Shown here piece by piece: positions 45,406-58,319 of a DNA stretch of 64,000 bases. Origin of the DNA: Leptogorgia sarmentosa (taxonomy: Eukaryota); the NCBI GenBank assembly GCA_964658305.1, contig OZ210885.1:15686001-15750000 (forward strand). Reading direction: 5' to 3'. The position numbers and the translations under genes were made by a program. The notes under the pieces are model-generated. The model was not told where the DNA came from. It saw only the letters and a list, made by a program, of their open reading frames with translations, and did not search any database. The first letter of the stretch is position 1; each line of letters begins with the position of its first letter.

Positions 45406-47120
45406 TAGTTTTGCCTCAAAAAGGTGCCACTACAGCCCGTTTCATCCAAAAGGAATCATCAGATGGCTGACAAGTTTGCTGCTTATAAGTGTTTTGAGTT
45501 GGAAACGTGGGCATGGGCATCAAACAATGCATGCATTCCTTGATTTCCTTCCATTGTTTAGGTTGTTTACTAGGTATTTCATTTTATGATTACATGTCGA
45601 AACTATTTCCGATTTTTTGTTTAGTAAATTTTGTTTGTTTTTATCTTTCAAAATACAGAGCTTTTCTTCTGAACATAAATTGCATCTTTTTGTCCCTCCC
45701 GTATATGAAATACAATGCTTAATTATAGACCAAGTACTGTCGAAATCTTTGTTATCTTTTAGTCCCCAAATATATTTCGAAAGTTCTGTTTTGTTTGAGT
45801 ACCTTTTGTGGTTAAATGATTTAATATGGTTTCTATATCGCTCTTTAAATGTACTTGCCGTCATGCCTATGTAATGTTTTGTGCTGTTTGTGCAGGTGAC
45901 AGTGGCCTTGTAAACTATGTCTTTGGTCATGCATTTTTCCTGAAGTGGGCATGTGTTCTTGTCTCTACAAGTGCATAGGTCTGTGGTCTCGCACTGTGGC
46001 TTACTTTTCCTAATCATACGTGTGTTGTGCCTAGAAATTATAGACTTGACATTGTTCATGCAACTGTAACTGACCTTGACTGTGTTCCTATTAAAAATCT
46101 TGTGTAGCTTGTGGTGAGGTGGAAAATTTATGTCTAATAATGATGTTGCGTTGCTTATTTCTGCGTGTTTGTGGTGCTTGATTGATGTATTCAAGCTTGT
46201 GGTCGAAATTGCTGTGCCTTAGTGCGTTTTGGTAAGCAGGAGCACTTTCATGGAATGTGTGCTCATCTGATAGATCTTTCATGAGTGTCGAAATGCGCTT
46301 GTTGATCGATTTGGGGAGTTGTCTTATGATGCTTGGTGGGTGGTTGGAATGTTTGTTTATGTATAGTGGATCATCATTAGGCTTTCTGTAGGGCTTGCAC
46401 CCATATATCGGTTGTGCACTTTCGTTTCCGAAATATACATTTCACCTTAAAACATGAGACAATTTCGATTCATCTATTCATTGAAAAACATTCCTATACC
46501 ATCACAGGATGCTTATTTGAGAAATTTGATTGAAAAAGTTGAAAGTGTACTAAAACGCATGAGATGGAAAGTTCATTTTTTCCTAAAAGGAGACAAAATT
46601 TCCAAACAGAACAACGGTTTCGATCTTCCTTCCAACAAAACACCTCCCACAATTTTAGAAATGAAACCTTTCGAGAATGACGTTATTAACCTAATTGAAA
46701 ACATTAAATTTCGAACATGCGGAAAATCAACTTCAAAAGTCTTTGGCAAATGATTTAAAGAAAATTAATTTGTCTCCGAACATTTTCGTTTTCGCTGACA
46801 AAACTAGAAATATTTATGAAACATCACTCGACACACATAACAAGCTCATGCATGACAACATCACAAAAACATACAAACACGGATCAGAAGGCACAACCTT
46901 GACTAATCAACCCCGCAAAAAGCGAATCTGGAAAACTAAGTTCCATCCTTGACAAAATCAATCCGAATTTGAGGAAAATTTTGAACCTAAACCAATGGCA
47001 AAACACCCAAAACGTTATAGAGTGGTTTGGCAACATAAAAAAAACAACATAGGCACACTTTCATTTTGTTTGACATAGTTGATTTCTACCCATCGATATC
47101 AGAAAATTTACTGGACCAAG
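45406..47120. mobile_element. Penelope-like (Naiad-type) fragments: 3' GIY-YIG part on minus (45406-46397), 5' RT part on plus (46400-47120)
   Basis: IVYKATV..YIGMT..FKERYRNH..TELSKYIW..CNLC..E; SLKNIPIPS..KRMRWK, FADKTRN, FDIVDFYPSI. Confidence 0.88.
45426..45467 (-). ncRNA. Minimal type I hammerhead ribozyme (Penelope pLTR)
   Basis: GCCAU CUGAUGA UUCCUUUUGGAU GAAAC GGGCU GUA GUGGC; stem II imperfect. Confidence 0.65.
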
Positions 47121-48121
47121 TATGGGCGGCCGTTACCACCAAAAATACTAAACATGTCGAATGAATTGACCTAAACGGACATGAATCGTTGCAAACACAA
47201 ATGATTCATTCAGTTTAGAAATGAGTCAACGCAACATCGTGATGTGAATGGACGAGATAAGAAACAAGTTGTTTAAACTTGAAATGATTCACCTGGCAGT
47301 GTATCAATTCAACGTGTGCTGTGTTGATTCATTGAGATCATGTGAACGCACTGAACTTGTTTTACAATGATTTGACAAGCTGTGTGCAAATCATTCAACA
47401 AAACATGAAACCATTTGACTAAATGTGAAATTATTCAACTCAATGCCAAATCGTTCATATATATATATCACTGCGCTAAATCTGTAGTCATTCAACTAAA
47501 TGCGAAATAGTCGAACATAAAGATAGATCATTTAACACATTTTGAAGTAATTCGCCATGATTTGAGATGACGTAATTTGTGCGGTCTCGGCGCGCGTTGT
47601 TGCGAAACCATCCGACGCGATGTGGAATGATTGAACCTAACGTGAAACTATCCGACGCGATGTGGAATGATTGAACGTAACGTGAAACCATTCGACGCGA
47701 TATGAAGATGCTAAGCTATCGTAAACTAATTCAACAGTATTTGATAATTTTCAACACAATGTGAAATAAATCACCTAGGTTGGAGATGATGCGATTCACA
47801 TGTAATAGAAATATGTCCTTTCCACTTCGGAGGAAGTTCTTCCTTCAAAACTTCGCAAAACTTTCGAATTTCCCTGTGAAAGTTTTCCGAATTCCGGAAA
47901 TAGGGAAACGAAGCTTGTTTGCTGGTGGAAGCGCCTGGATTTACTCTTTTCGCATGTGTTTTTGACATATTAAAATACAAGTCGGATATTCGTACCTTGT
48001 GAAAGAGAGGTAAGTTCAGCTACTTTTACGAAAATAATGTTGGTATTAAACACAAACATTTTGTAAATTACATTGAATTATTTATGAGGCTTTATACGTT
48101 TTATATTTTATACAAAAACGT

Positions 48122-48923
48122 TAGGCCCGGATTAACATCGCGCGGGGCCTGTGGCAGATGTTCAGCGCGGGGCCCCTCATATAAGGAACGGTTTGAAATT
48201 TGGGGGGGGACGAGTCTCACGAGACGCCACCATGGTTGGCGTCGAGCCAGAAAATTTTGTGAATATAGAGCCTTTAGATCGCCGGAAACGGCCATTTCAG
48301 AGTGTTAACCAAAGTCTTAACACTCAGAATAGAGTCTAGAGGTCTTACTGATGTTGTAGTTGGGGGAAGCTTTATCTGATTTAAGCCAAAAAGGTGCCAT
48401 TTTGACTTTTGGGCAAATTGGGCCTCGCCTTTTGATTTGCAAGGCCTCGGCTTTTTTTTATTTGGTCTGATCTATGGGGCCTCGCTCTTCGGAGTAATGT
48501 TGTTTTACTTTTGTGGAGCTGCCGGATTTTTTTGGGTACTTTTTTGTCTACCCAAGTGTTTGCTCCGTCCGCTCCATTCGCTCTGTCTGCTCCGTTCGCT
48601 CGGTCCGCTCCATCCGCTCCGTTTTGCTCCGCTCCGTTTGCTCCGCTCCGTCTATTCTCTCCATTCTCTCTGCGCACTTAGTAATATATTGTAAAATTAT
48701 AATTATTCCGTCCGCTCCGTTTGCTCCGCTCCCTCTATTCCCTCCATTCGCTCTGCGCGCTTAGTAATATATTGTAAAATTATAATTACATGATTAGAAG
48801 TGCTTACTACTTCCCCCTATAATTTTCCCTGAGCCAAAAATTAGAATTAGTAAAACGCGGGGCCCCCAAAGCGCGGGGCCCATGGGCGGACGCCCTTTCT
48901 GCCATAGGGTTAATCCGGCACTG
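48122..48923. mobile_element. Non-autonomous hAT-type element with internal (gctcc)n repeats
   Basis: 8-bp TSD AAAAACGT (48114-48121, 48924-48931); TIRs taggcccggattaac / gttaatccggcactg; gcgcggggcc subterminal motifs. Confidence 0.85.
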
Positions 48924-49210
48924 AAAAACGTGTATGTTTGTCCTGCTATCGAAGTACTTTACATGTTTTATATAATATACACAGTATATACTATAAAAAA
49001 AGGTACGCATAGCGCAGGTTGCTAGGAAAGAAAAGCTTTTATATGCATTCGCTAAATATGTTTATATGAATCTTACAATATAGAGAATGGAGAATGCTAT
49101 GACTGAGATGACAAATGCAATCAATGAAGTTTTCATACATTAGATTCGCCTGAACCACGCCGAGACCTTCAGTGGTGCATAATGAGGTTAGAAGTAGTTG
49201 CTGAAAATCG

Positions 49211-50994
49211 TTGGGCGATGAAGTAATACCACTTGAGGCTGTTGATTTAATAAATCAGGCAGTAAATATCATAAAGAGAAACGATGGACTGGAACAGAGT
49301 CATGAGCCATATTCTGCATCACTTGTTCATGATGGAAGGCGCTCAGGACGACCAAAGTTCCAAATCACTGAAGATCAATTGCTATTTTTTAAAGGTAGAC
49401 CTAGATTTTCATGGTTTCCATGGTTGCCAACATTTTATATATAGCTTATATGATAGTCTATTCATATTCCTTATTACAGAAAATGGGTTTACACAACATG
49501 ATATGGCCGTGATGCTAGGTGTCAGCAAACGGACTGTGGAGAATCGCATGGCTGAATTTAATTTAACTAATCAGAATAGATTTAGTGATATTGATGACAG
49601 TTCCCTTGATGCACACACAGAACGTATCATTGGAATTTTTCCTAGATCAGGTACTGTATCCTCTCCATTGCATAACTGTATTAAGGTAGTGAACATGACA
49701 AAAAGTAGCATACTGATTTCCTGTAATAATTTGGCTCTTTTTACTTCAGGTTTGAAAACAATAGAAGGAGAATTAGTTTCACAAGGAGTACATGTTCAGA
49801 GAAGAAGGCTGAGAGAGTCTGTGAAAAGAGTGGATCCAGTAGGAAGGAGGCTACAAAGAATTAATGTCATCAGACGGCGTGTTTATTCTGTACACTCACC
49901 CTTATCATTATGGCATATGGATGGAAATCATAAGCTTATAAGGTAATTATTCCATGATTCAGTAATAATACAGTCAGTATAAATGTCTGACGTTCAATGA
50001 CTCCATTATGAACACTAGCTTCAAACTTATGTGCCCTTCTTGGTAATACAGATTGAGATATATTTATTCCTACATGATTCCCAGACTAGCTCAGTCTTTT
50101 AATCCAATTGAATGCACCAGCTCTTTCCTAAATTTTTAGATGGCGTTTTGTGATTCACGGTTGTATAGATGGCTACAGTCGTGTAATTGTCTACTTGGCG
50201 TGCAGTATCAATAACAAGTCCGCCACAGTCTTGGATCTTTTTAAAGAAGGAGTACAGAAATGGGGTCTGCCTTCTAGAGTTCCAGGAGATATGGGTGTAG
50301 AAAATCGAGATGTGGCACGATTTATGCTTAACCATCCAGCAAGAGGTACGGGACGGGGCAGCTACATAACTGGTCGTAGTGTCCACAATTCAAGGATCGA
50401 GCGTCTATGGAGAGACGTATATCAAGCAGTGGTGTCTTTGTTCTACGATTTATTCATTATGATGGAACGTCAAGAGTTATTAGATCCAGATAATGAAGTT
50501 CATCTCTTTTGCTTACGCGCAATTTACCAACCAACTATTAATGAAATGCTGGCGACGTTCACAAACGCATGGATAAATCATAAAATGCGAACTGCTGCCA
50601 ATAAAAGTCCTCTGCAGCAATTCATAATGGGCATGCAACAAATCCAGCACGAACGTGGAACGATTGCGAGTCAGTATTTCGAACAACTGTCTGAGGTAAA
50701 AGCAAAATTTAGATTCTCTGCATTAACAAGAAATAACTTTAGGAAATCATTACCCATATTTCTTTCTTGTAGGAGCAAATAGAAGGGTTCGGTCTGGATG
50801 TGGAGGCTGGATTACCAGGCAATGATACAGGCGACGCTGCAGTAATCGTTCCTGATACACCTTGTCCATTGAATGAGAACGCGATGAACACGTTCATGGA
50901 GTTCGTGACACAGCTACCAAAACATGACCCATGGAACACGGAACATTTTAGGAACGGTTTAAGGGTACTTGAAAGTTTATTGTCAAATGAATAA
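49211..50994 (+). CDS. Integrase-core DDE transposase with HTH, multi-exon (start uncertain, may be degenerate)
   Basis: [89 protein letters not shown] introns. Confidence 0.85.
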
Positions 50995-51177
50995 GTAAAC
51001 ACTTGAGTTTACTGTTATATTCAACATTACATACATATAAAACTCTAAATGTAAATAAGCGAACGTGAGATTGATACATGTGTAGAGGCGTAACTATCGT
51101 ACGTACTTGCACAATTTCATACGAAGTTTCAAAAGAAAAAAACGATAAACGTTCTACATATACACGGAATATCGCAA

Positions 51178-54100
51178 TTATGCCATCCCGAAATGAGTGT
51201 TGAGGAATGCCAAGTCGAAATGATAAAACATGCCTTCTTTCTCGGCTGGAACAGTTTCACCAATTGCTAACACCAACTTATTGATGCAGGTGTTCGCCTT
51301 TGGAAGACACAATGGTAGGCTGTCACTAAATATAAGTGAAGGCGGTATGGCATATCCTAGAACTGGCTCCTTTTCACCACATGTAACAAACTTTAGTACC
51401 TTGCCCAGTGTAACAGTATCTCTCCTGCCAGCTGAAAATTAAAAACACTTTTTACTTGCTTCCACGTTTCTTAATTTATTATATAAAACGTGTTAATTTT
51501 GGCATATGACGTTTGTTAATTATTGTATAAAATGCATTGTACAGTACCCGAAACCTCTTTGATATAAAATGCATTGTACAGTACCCGAAACCTCTTTGAG
51601 GTAATTCAAAAACAGCCTATGGGTCCTCTCTTCTTGCATACGTCTGTTCGATCCTTCCAGCGAGAATGATGGTTTCAGAAGTTTTACCAACCTCGCATAC
51701 GTCATGTCGGCTACCGCTGAAGGTCTCAACAAAAACATCAATGATGGCCGTTTTTTGAAAAGCTAAACAAAACGTACATTATTTATTAAAATGTATACGT
51801 TGTATTATTAAAACGAATTGTTGTGCTAGCCAATTGTTTTTACGACGATACCAAAATACCTTACTGTAAAGAATGTATTAAAACACCAATAATGGGACTT
51901 TACATGATTTGGGAATATAGTGGACTATTTTGTCAACGATTTTTATTTTATAGTTTACCTCAACAAGGCCAAATTTCTTCAGGCCATCGCGAACCTGCCC
52001 TTCCGCACGACTAAACTCTTCCAATGGTGTCCCAAAAAGTTTCTGGAGCAGACTGTCATCCATAAAGCACGGAAGCGGTCCACCTTGCACTATACTGTAA
52101 CCTATGATTAGAAACGATTTCCGTATAATCATGCATATGACTATGTATAGTAAACGCAATAATTAACTTAGTTCTAAGGTAGATTAGTAGAATCATACTC
52201 GTATACTATTGCAAATGCTGCAATTTGATTGGCTACTCTACTCGGTATCTATTCCTCGATATATAGCGAGTAGCAAAATATGTGAATTTTCGTTCAAGAA
52301 AATGTCTTCTGAGTCGTGTTTTTAAATTACTTTTTGCAATATTTTCATGTTTGATCTCTGATTCTACTAATTAACAATTAGATTACTCGCTCTCGATTTC
52401 TACAAGATGATAGTTGATTCGGGCTTCGCCCTCATCAACTATCACCTCATGGAAATCTCGAGCTCGTAATCTAATTGTTAAATAGACAGTATGCAAAGTG
52501 CACCCCCTTATTTTGACTTACCAAAAATAAGTCCAGCTCCTTAATAATTAGAACTATTTTCAGCTGCATCATATTCGTGTAAAATGAATGTCGTGTCATT
52601 TTCCTTTTGCATGAAAAGTTTGTCTTTGATTTGGCGCATCATTGCAGTCAAAAATTCTTTGCGAGGACCGCCGTGATCTTGTGCCATTTCCCCAGTGAAC
52701 GTAAGATCCAGTGGAAGGCTGTAATCCTGTTCCGTGTTAGCCAACAACTCATCCATTCCGTCTTGGTACAGGTTTAGACGAGACACAAATATCTCCGTTG
52801 TTTCGCCTTCCAGAATGGCACTCTCATCCACTATATCTAACGGTCGGCCTCTTAAAAAGTTCTTGACGAATGTATGCAGAACTGCAACCGGTTCATCACC
52901 TTCATTCCTACAATATAAGGCGAAAATATTTCAGCATTAATCCGTAGTCCATTGCCAACACCTTAAACACCCATGTATTACGTGGTCGAAAGAGTGGCAT
53001 CGATGGCAAAATTCAAATGTTCATCAAAACTGCTGTGCTGTTCACTAAAAAAGTATTATAATAATTTCATTGTTTTGTAAAGAATAAAGTACACTAAACT
53101 GCACTTTATTCTAAGTTGCCCCTCACCGGTTACTAGAAGTTTCATGCTGTGTGCGGTTATCGGATGGCACGTGCTCTGCGCGGCGAACAGAAGCTTCATT
53201 CTCTGCATTACCGTCAATGACGGCACGAATAAGCATATCGTCTTCCTCTTCCACCGCTTCCATAGGTTCATCGTCTTGTACGTGTATTACTGATTGCGCG
53301 TTTCTATGGAATTGAAAATGTAGGATACCATGGGTGTAATCCTCCTTGCCCACTCGAAGGCGCCTATTGGACAATATGCATGTACATTTCTATACTTACC
53401 TGACTTGATTGGTGAAGGCATGCTCTGTATCATACTCCTCATTTTCTTCGTCTTCTGAAGAATCATACCCCTGAATAATGTAGATAATACTTTATGTCCA
53501 AGAATAATAATTTATCTGCTATTAAGCATGGCACTGTATAACGCTAAAAATATACGAGAATATCAAGGATTGACATACTACACAGGTGTTCATATGGCGA
53601 CGCATTTCGCTTATTGCAAACTTTCCCGCACAGGTAAGGCATTCTTGAAATTCCTCTTTCACATGGATGTCTGCTCCCAAGGCTATGGTCTTTTGTAAAG
53701 GTCTTATATATATGCGGCCTGTTCCAAAACTACGGAGATGTTCGGCAGAACAACTGCCGTGACAAACAACTCGAAGTTCCTTTCGTTTCTTCTCCTTAGA
53801 CAATAACATCTGAAATCCCCCTGATTCACTCAACTTAGGAAATGATCTAAAACAATTGCAAGAAGGGATAGTCAATTATTAATTAATAATCATCCAAAAA
53901 ATGCTGACAATGTGGTCAATCTAGAATATACATGTAAATACTCCATATTTATGCAAACTATTTTATATATTTACAAGTATCACTCAATAAACAGTAATTT
54001 TATTCATATAGAGAACAATTATGAATTGGCATAATATGTATTACCTGAACAATATGTCTTTTACTGCAGCATCTGTTGCACCTGTTGGAAATGCAAGTCG

Positions 54101-54710
54101 CTTCTCCCCAAGCCCATTTTCCTTGAGGGTCAGCTTTTCGCTTGTTGTTGGAACCTGCATTTGGTTTTTGTTGGCCAAACAAAACATGGTTCTTGTCATA
54201 GTTTTTTCTGAAAATATTAAACAATTATTGAATGAGGCCGAGTAGGATATGAGGAATTATTCAGGCCGAGGTTTGTGTTATCGGGCCTGAATAATTCCCA
54301 TATCCTACGAGGACCGAATTCAATAATTGTTTTATTACTTATTTGTATATAGCGCTTGCAAAAACACGCAATTGCAAGGTACTGGAAATAGAACAATAAT
54401 ATAGTGTTCGCAAGACTGAATAAGCCAATCAGACTACAAGAGAAAATGTTCTTATAGCTGTTGTACATTTCAAATAGACATAAAATACTTGATGCAATAT
54501 ACAAATAAAAATTTTAATGAATTTTACCGATTGCCGATTAAAGAGCCTGCAATGCTCATCAACAGCAACACTTGGTTGATTTGTTGTTGCTGGTGTCTGA
54601 TTTGCAGTGGTGGCTTGTGAGCTAGGCAAAGATTCAGCATGAATAGCTTGTTGTGGAGTAGCCGATGATGATGCGGTAAGTTCGTTTCCATTGCCAAGTA
54701 GTTGAACAAC
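51178..54710 (-). CDS. HECT E3 ubiquitin ligase (G2E3-like), multi-exon; 5' end uncertain
   Basis: GRIYIRPLQ, CLTC..HMNTC finger, FTGEMAQDHGGPRKEF, SIVQGGP, VLKFVTC, LPKANTC (catalytic Cys), ends THFGMA-stop at 51178-51180. Confidence 0.8.
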
Positions 54711-55159
54711 TTACCTCAGTAAATTCACTGCATTGTTTGTGCTATTTGTGTTGTTCTACAAAATTGAATAGTAGATAATTTGCGAACATACTCCTGTACA
54801 GAGATAGATCTATACAGAAAGAACTGGTACAGGGAGACTTCTCTGGTGCTAAGTTGTGTCTTTCATGACATCTTGCAATTGTATACTACACATGCCATGT
54901 TATCACTCAAATTTCTGTGTCTCATGTTCTTTCTATTATTTTACTTAATCATTGAAAGTAGCACACCCCTCTGCAGTCAGCACCCCCTTTGGCCATGAGA
55001 CCCTCGACTAAAAACCAGCGACACTGGGCTTTCACAAACCAGAATTCGATAAATTAAAACAGTTACCAGGCTACTAAATAACCCACCATGTTCAAAATTC
55101 CAGTGTTAAAAATTACTCCACTATAAAAAAAAGTAACAGTTGTCACTATACAGTAGACA

Positions 55160-55395
55160 GGGGCCAGTTGTTCGTAGCCTGTTTAGCTTAGCCATAAGTC
55201 AAATTTAGATTACGCTTCCGTTCATCTTGTGAAAAATTGAAAATGAATTTTAAACACTAAATATATTATTGTATACATAAATGTTCTTTTCAGATCGGAA
55301 AATATTATTCTGACTGCTCAAGAAACACATAGACTTGTTTGATATTTTGGACTTGTCCGCCGTTTAAGCTGAACATGCTACTAACAGCCGGCCCC
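55160..55395. mobile_element. Harbinger-like MITE
   Basis: ggggccagttgttcgtagcctgtttagctta ... taagctgaacatgctactaacagccggcccc imperfect TIRs. Confidence 0.5.
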
Positions 55396-55501
55396 TGATC
55401 TTGAATTAACATATTATACACGATAAAGCCTCATGAATAATTCATTTATCTACTCCTCGCCATTGTCACAAAAGACACAACACGCCTCGAAAAAATATAG
55501 T

Positions 55502-58123
55502 AAAATGTTTGTGTTTAATACCAACATTATTTTCGTAAAAGTAGCTGAACTTACCTCTCTTTCACAAGGTACGAATATCCGACTTGTATTTTAATATGTC
55601 AAAAACACATGCGAAAAGAGTAAATCCAGGCGCTTCCACCAGCAAACAAGCTTCGTTTCCCTATTTCCGGAATTCGGAAAACTTTCACAGGGAAATTCGA
55701 AAGTTTTGCGAAGTTTTGAAGGAAGAACTTCCTCCGAAGTGGAAAGGACATATTTCTATTACATGTGAATCGCATCATCTCCAACCTAGGTGATTTATTT
55801 CACATTGTGTTGAAAATTATCAAATACTGTTGAATTAGTTTACGATAGCTTAGCATCTTCATATCGCGTCGAATGGTTTCACGTTACGTTCAATCATTCC
55901 ACATCGCGTCGGATAGTTTCACGTTAGGTTCAATCATTCCACATCGCGTCGGATGGTTTCGCAACAACGCGCGCCGAGACCGCACAAATTACGTCATCTC
56001 AAATCATGGCGAATTACTTCAAAATGTGTTAAATGATCTATCTTTATGTTCGACTATTTCGCATTTAGTTGAATGACTACAGATTTAGCGCAGTGATATT
56101 ATATATATATGAACGATTTGGCATTGAGTTGAATAATTTCACATTTAGTCAAATGGTTTCATGTTTTGTTGAATGATTTGCACACAGCTTGTCAAATCAT
56201 TGTAAAACAAGTTCAGTGCGTTCACATGATCTCAATGAATCAACACAGCACACGTTGAATTGATACACTGCCAGGTGAATCATTTCAAGTTTAAACAACT
56301 TGTTTCTTATCTCGTCCATTCACATCACGATGTTGCGTTGACTCATTTCTAAACTGAATGAATCATTTGTGTTTGCAACGATTCATGTCCGTTTAGGTCA
56401 ATTCATTCGACATGTTTAGTATTTTTGGTGGTAACGGCCGCCCATACTTGGTCCAGTAAATTTTCTGATATCGATGGGTAGAAATCAACTATGTCAAACA
56501 AAATGAAAGTGTGCCTATGTTGTTTTTTTTATGTTGCCAAACCACTCTATAACGTTTTGGGTGTTTTGCCATTGGTTTAGGTTCAAAATTTTCCTCAAAT
56601 TCGGATTGATTTTGTCAAGGATGGAACTTAGTTTTCCAGATTCGCTTTTTGCGGGGTTGATTAGTCAAGGTTGTGCCTTCTGATCCGTGTTTGTATGTTT
56701 TTGTGATGTTGTCATGCATGAGCTTGTTATGTGTGTCGAGTGATGTTTCATAAATATTTCTAGTTTTGTCAGCGAAAACGAAAATGTTCGGAGACAAATT
56801 AATTTTCTTTAAATCATTTGCCAAAGACTTTTGAAGTTGATTTTCCGCATGTTCGAAATTTAATGTTTTCAATTAGGTTAATAACGTCATTCTCGAAAGG
56901 TTTCATTTCTAAAATTGTGGGAGGTGTTTTGTTGGAAGGAAGATCGAAACGGTTGTTTTGTTTGGAAATTTTGTCTCCTTTTAGGAAAAAATGAACTTTC
57001 CATCTCATGCGTTTTAGTACACTTTCAACTTTTTCAATCAAATTTCTCAAATAAGCATCCTGTGATGGTATAGGAATGTTTTTCAATGAATAGATGAATC
57101 GAAATTGTCTCATGTTTTAAGGTGAAATGTATATTTCGGAAACGAAAGTGCACAACCGATATATGGGTGCAAGCCCTACAGAAAGCCTAATGATGATCCA
57201 CTATACATAAACAAACATTCCAACCACCCACCATGCATCATAAGACAACTCCCCAAATCGATCAACAAGCGCATTTCGACACTCATGAAAGATCTATCAG
57301 ATGAGCACACATTCCATGAAAGTGCTCCTGCTTACCAAAACGCACTAAGGCACAGCAATTTCGACCACAAGCTTGAATACATCAATCAAGCACCACAAAC
57401 ACGCAGAAATAAGCAACGCAACATCATTATTAGACATAAATTTTCCACCTCACCACAAGCTACACAAGATTTTTAATAGGAACACAGTCAAGGTCAGTTA
57501 CAGTTGCATGAACAATGTCAAGTCTATAATTTCTAGGCACAACACACGTATGATCACACGTATGATTAGGAAAAGTAAGCCACAGTGCGAGACCACAGAC
57601 CTATGCACTTGTAGAGACAAGAACACATGCCCACTTCAGGAAAAATGCATGACCAAAGACATAGTTTACAAGGCCACTGTCACCTGCACAAACAGCACAA
57701 AACATTACATAGGCATGACGGCAAGTACATTTAAAGAGCGATATAGAAACCATATTAAATCATTTAACCACAAAAGGTACTCAAACAAAACAGAACTTTC
57801 GAAATATATTTGGGGACTAAAAGATAACAAAGATTTCGACAGTACTTGGTCTATAATTAAGCATTGTATTTCATATACGGGAGGGACAAAAAGATGCAAT
57901 TTATGTATAGAAGAATAGTTTCGACATGTAATCATAAAAAGAAATACCTAGTAAACAACCTAAACAATGGAAGGAAATCAAGGAATGCATGCATTGTTTG
58001 ACGCCCATGCCCACCTTTCCGACTCAAAACACTTAAGCAGCAAACTTTTCGAAATTTGTCAGCCATCTGATGATTCCTTTTGGATGAAACAGGCTGTAGT
58101 GGCACCTTTTTAAGGCAAAACTA
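55502..58123. repeat. Right arm of the ~2.6-kb inverted repeat (TIR + Naiad fragments)
   Basis: Reverse complement of 45406-48062; ends in (TA)n. Confidence 0.95.
58062..58103 (+). ncRNA. Minimal type I hammerhead ribozyme (Penelope pLTR)
   Basis: GCCAU CUGAUGA UUCCUUUUGGAU GAAAC AGGCU GUA GUGGC. Confidence 0.7.
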
Positions 58124-58319
58124 TATATATATATATATAATAAATATATATATATATAGTGCTTTTTAATGAACAATTTTAGGTTTTAATCTTTATAATT
58201 AATAATATTTTAGCTCCACTTTGGTGTAGAGCACTGTCCGGCCGCAGGAGAAAGCCTATATTTGTATTTGTATTCATACGCTCCTCTATAGTTGAGGACT
58301 GTACTTCCGACAAGCCGAT

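Larger units (their letters stand above)
45406..48062. repeat. Left arm of a ~2.6-kb inverted repeat (partner 55502-58123)
   Basis: Mirror-image ORFs in the track, e.g. 46454+/57113-, 46282-/57285+, 47980-/55584+; sequence match checked at both ends. Confidence 0.95.
47121..56446 (+). mobile_element. IS3EU-like DNA transposon with ~0.94-kb TIRs (exact terminus uncertain within 47121-47127)
   Basis: TIRs about 47121-48062 and 55502-56446 starting tatgggcggccgttaccacc; intron-containing integrase-core transposase and convergent HECT gene. Confidence 0.72.

Noticed and set aside
47488..47980. Short ORFs duplicated at 55584-56076
   Set aside because: They are identical only because they lie in the TIRs; no protein motifs.
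48381..48764. ORFs with GADRAN / SVRS repeats
   Set aside because: Translation of (gctcc)n repeats inside a non-autonomous hAT element.
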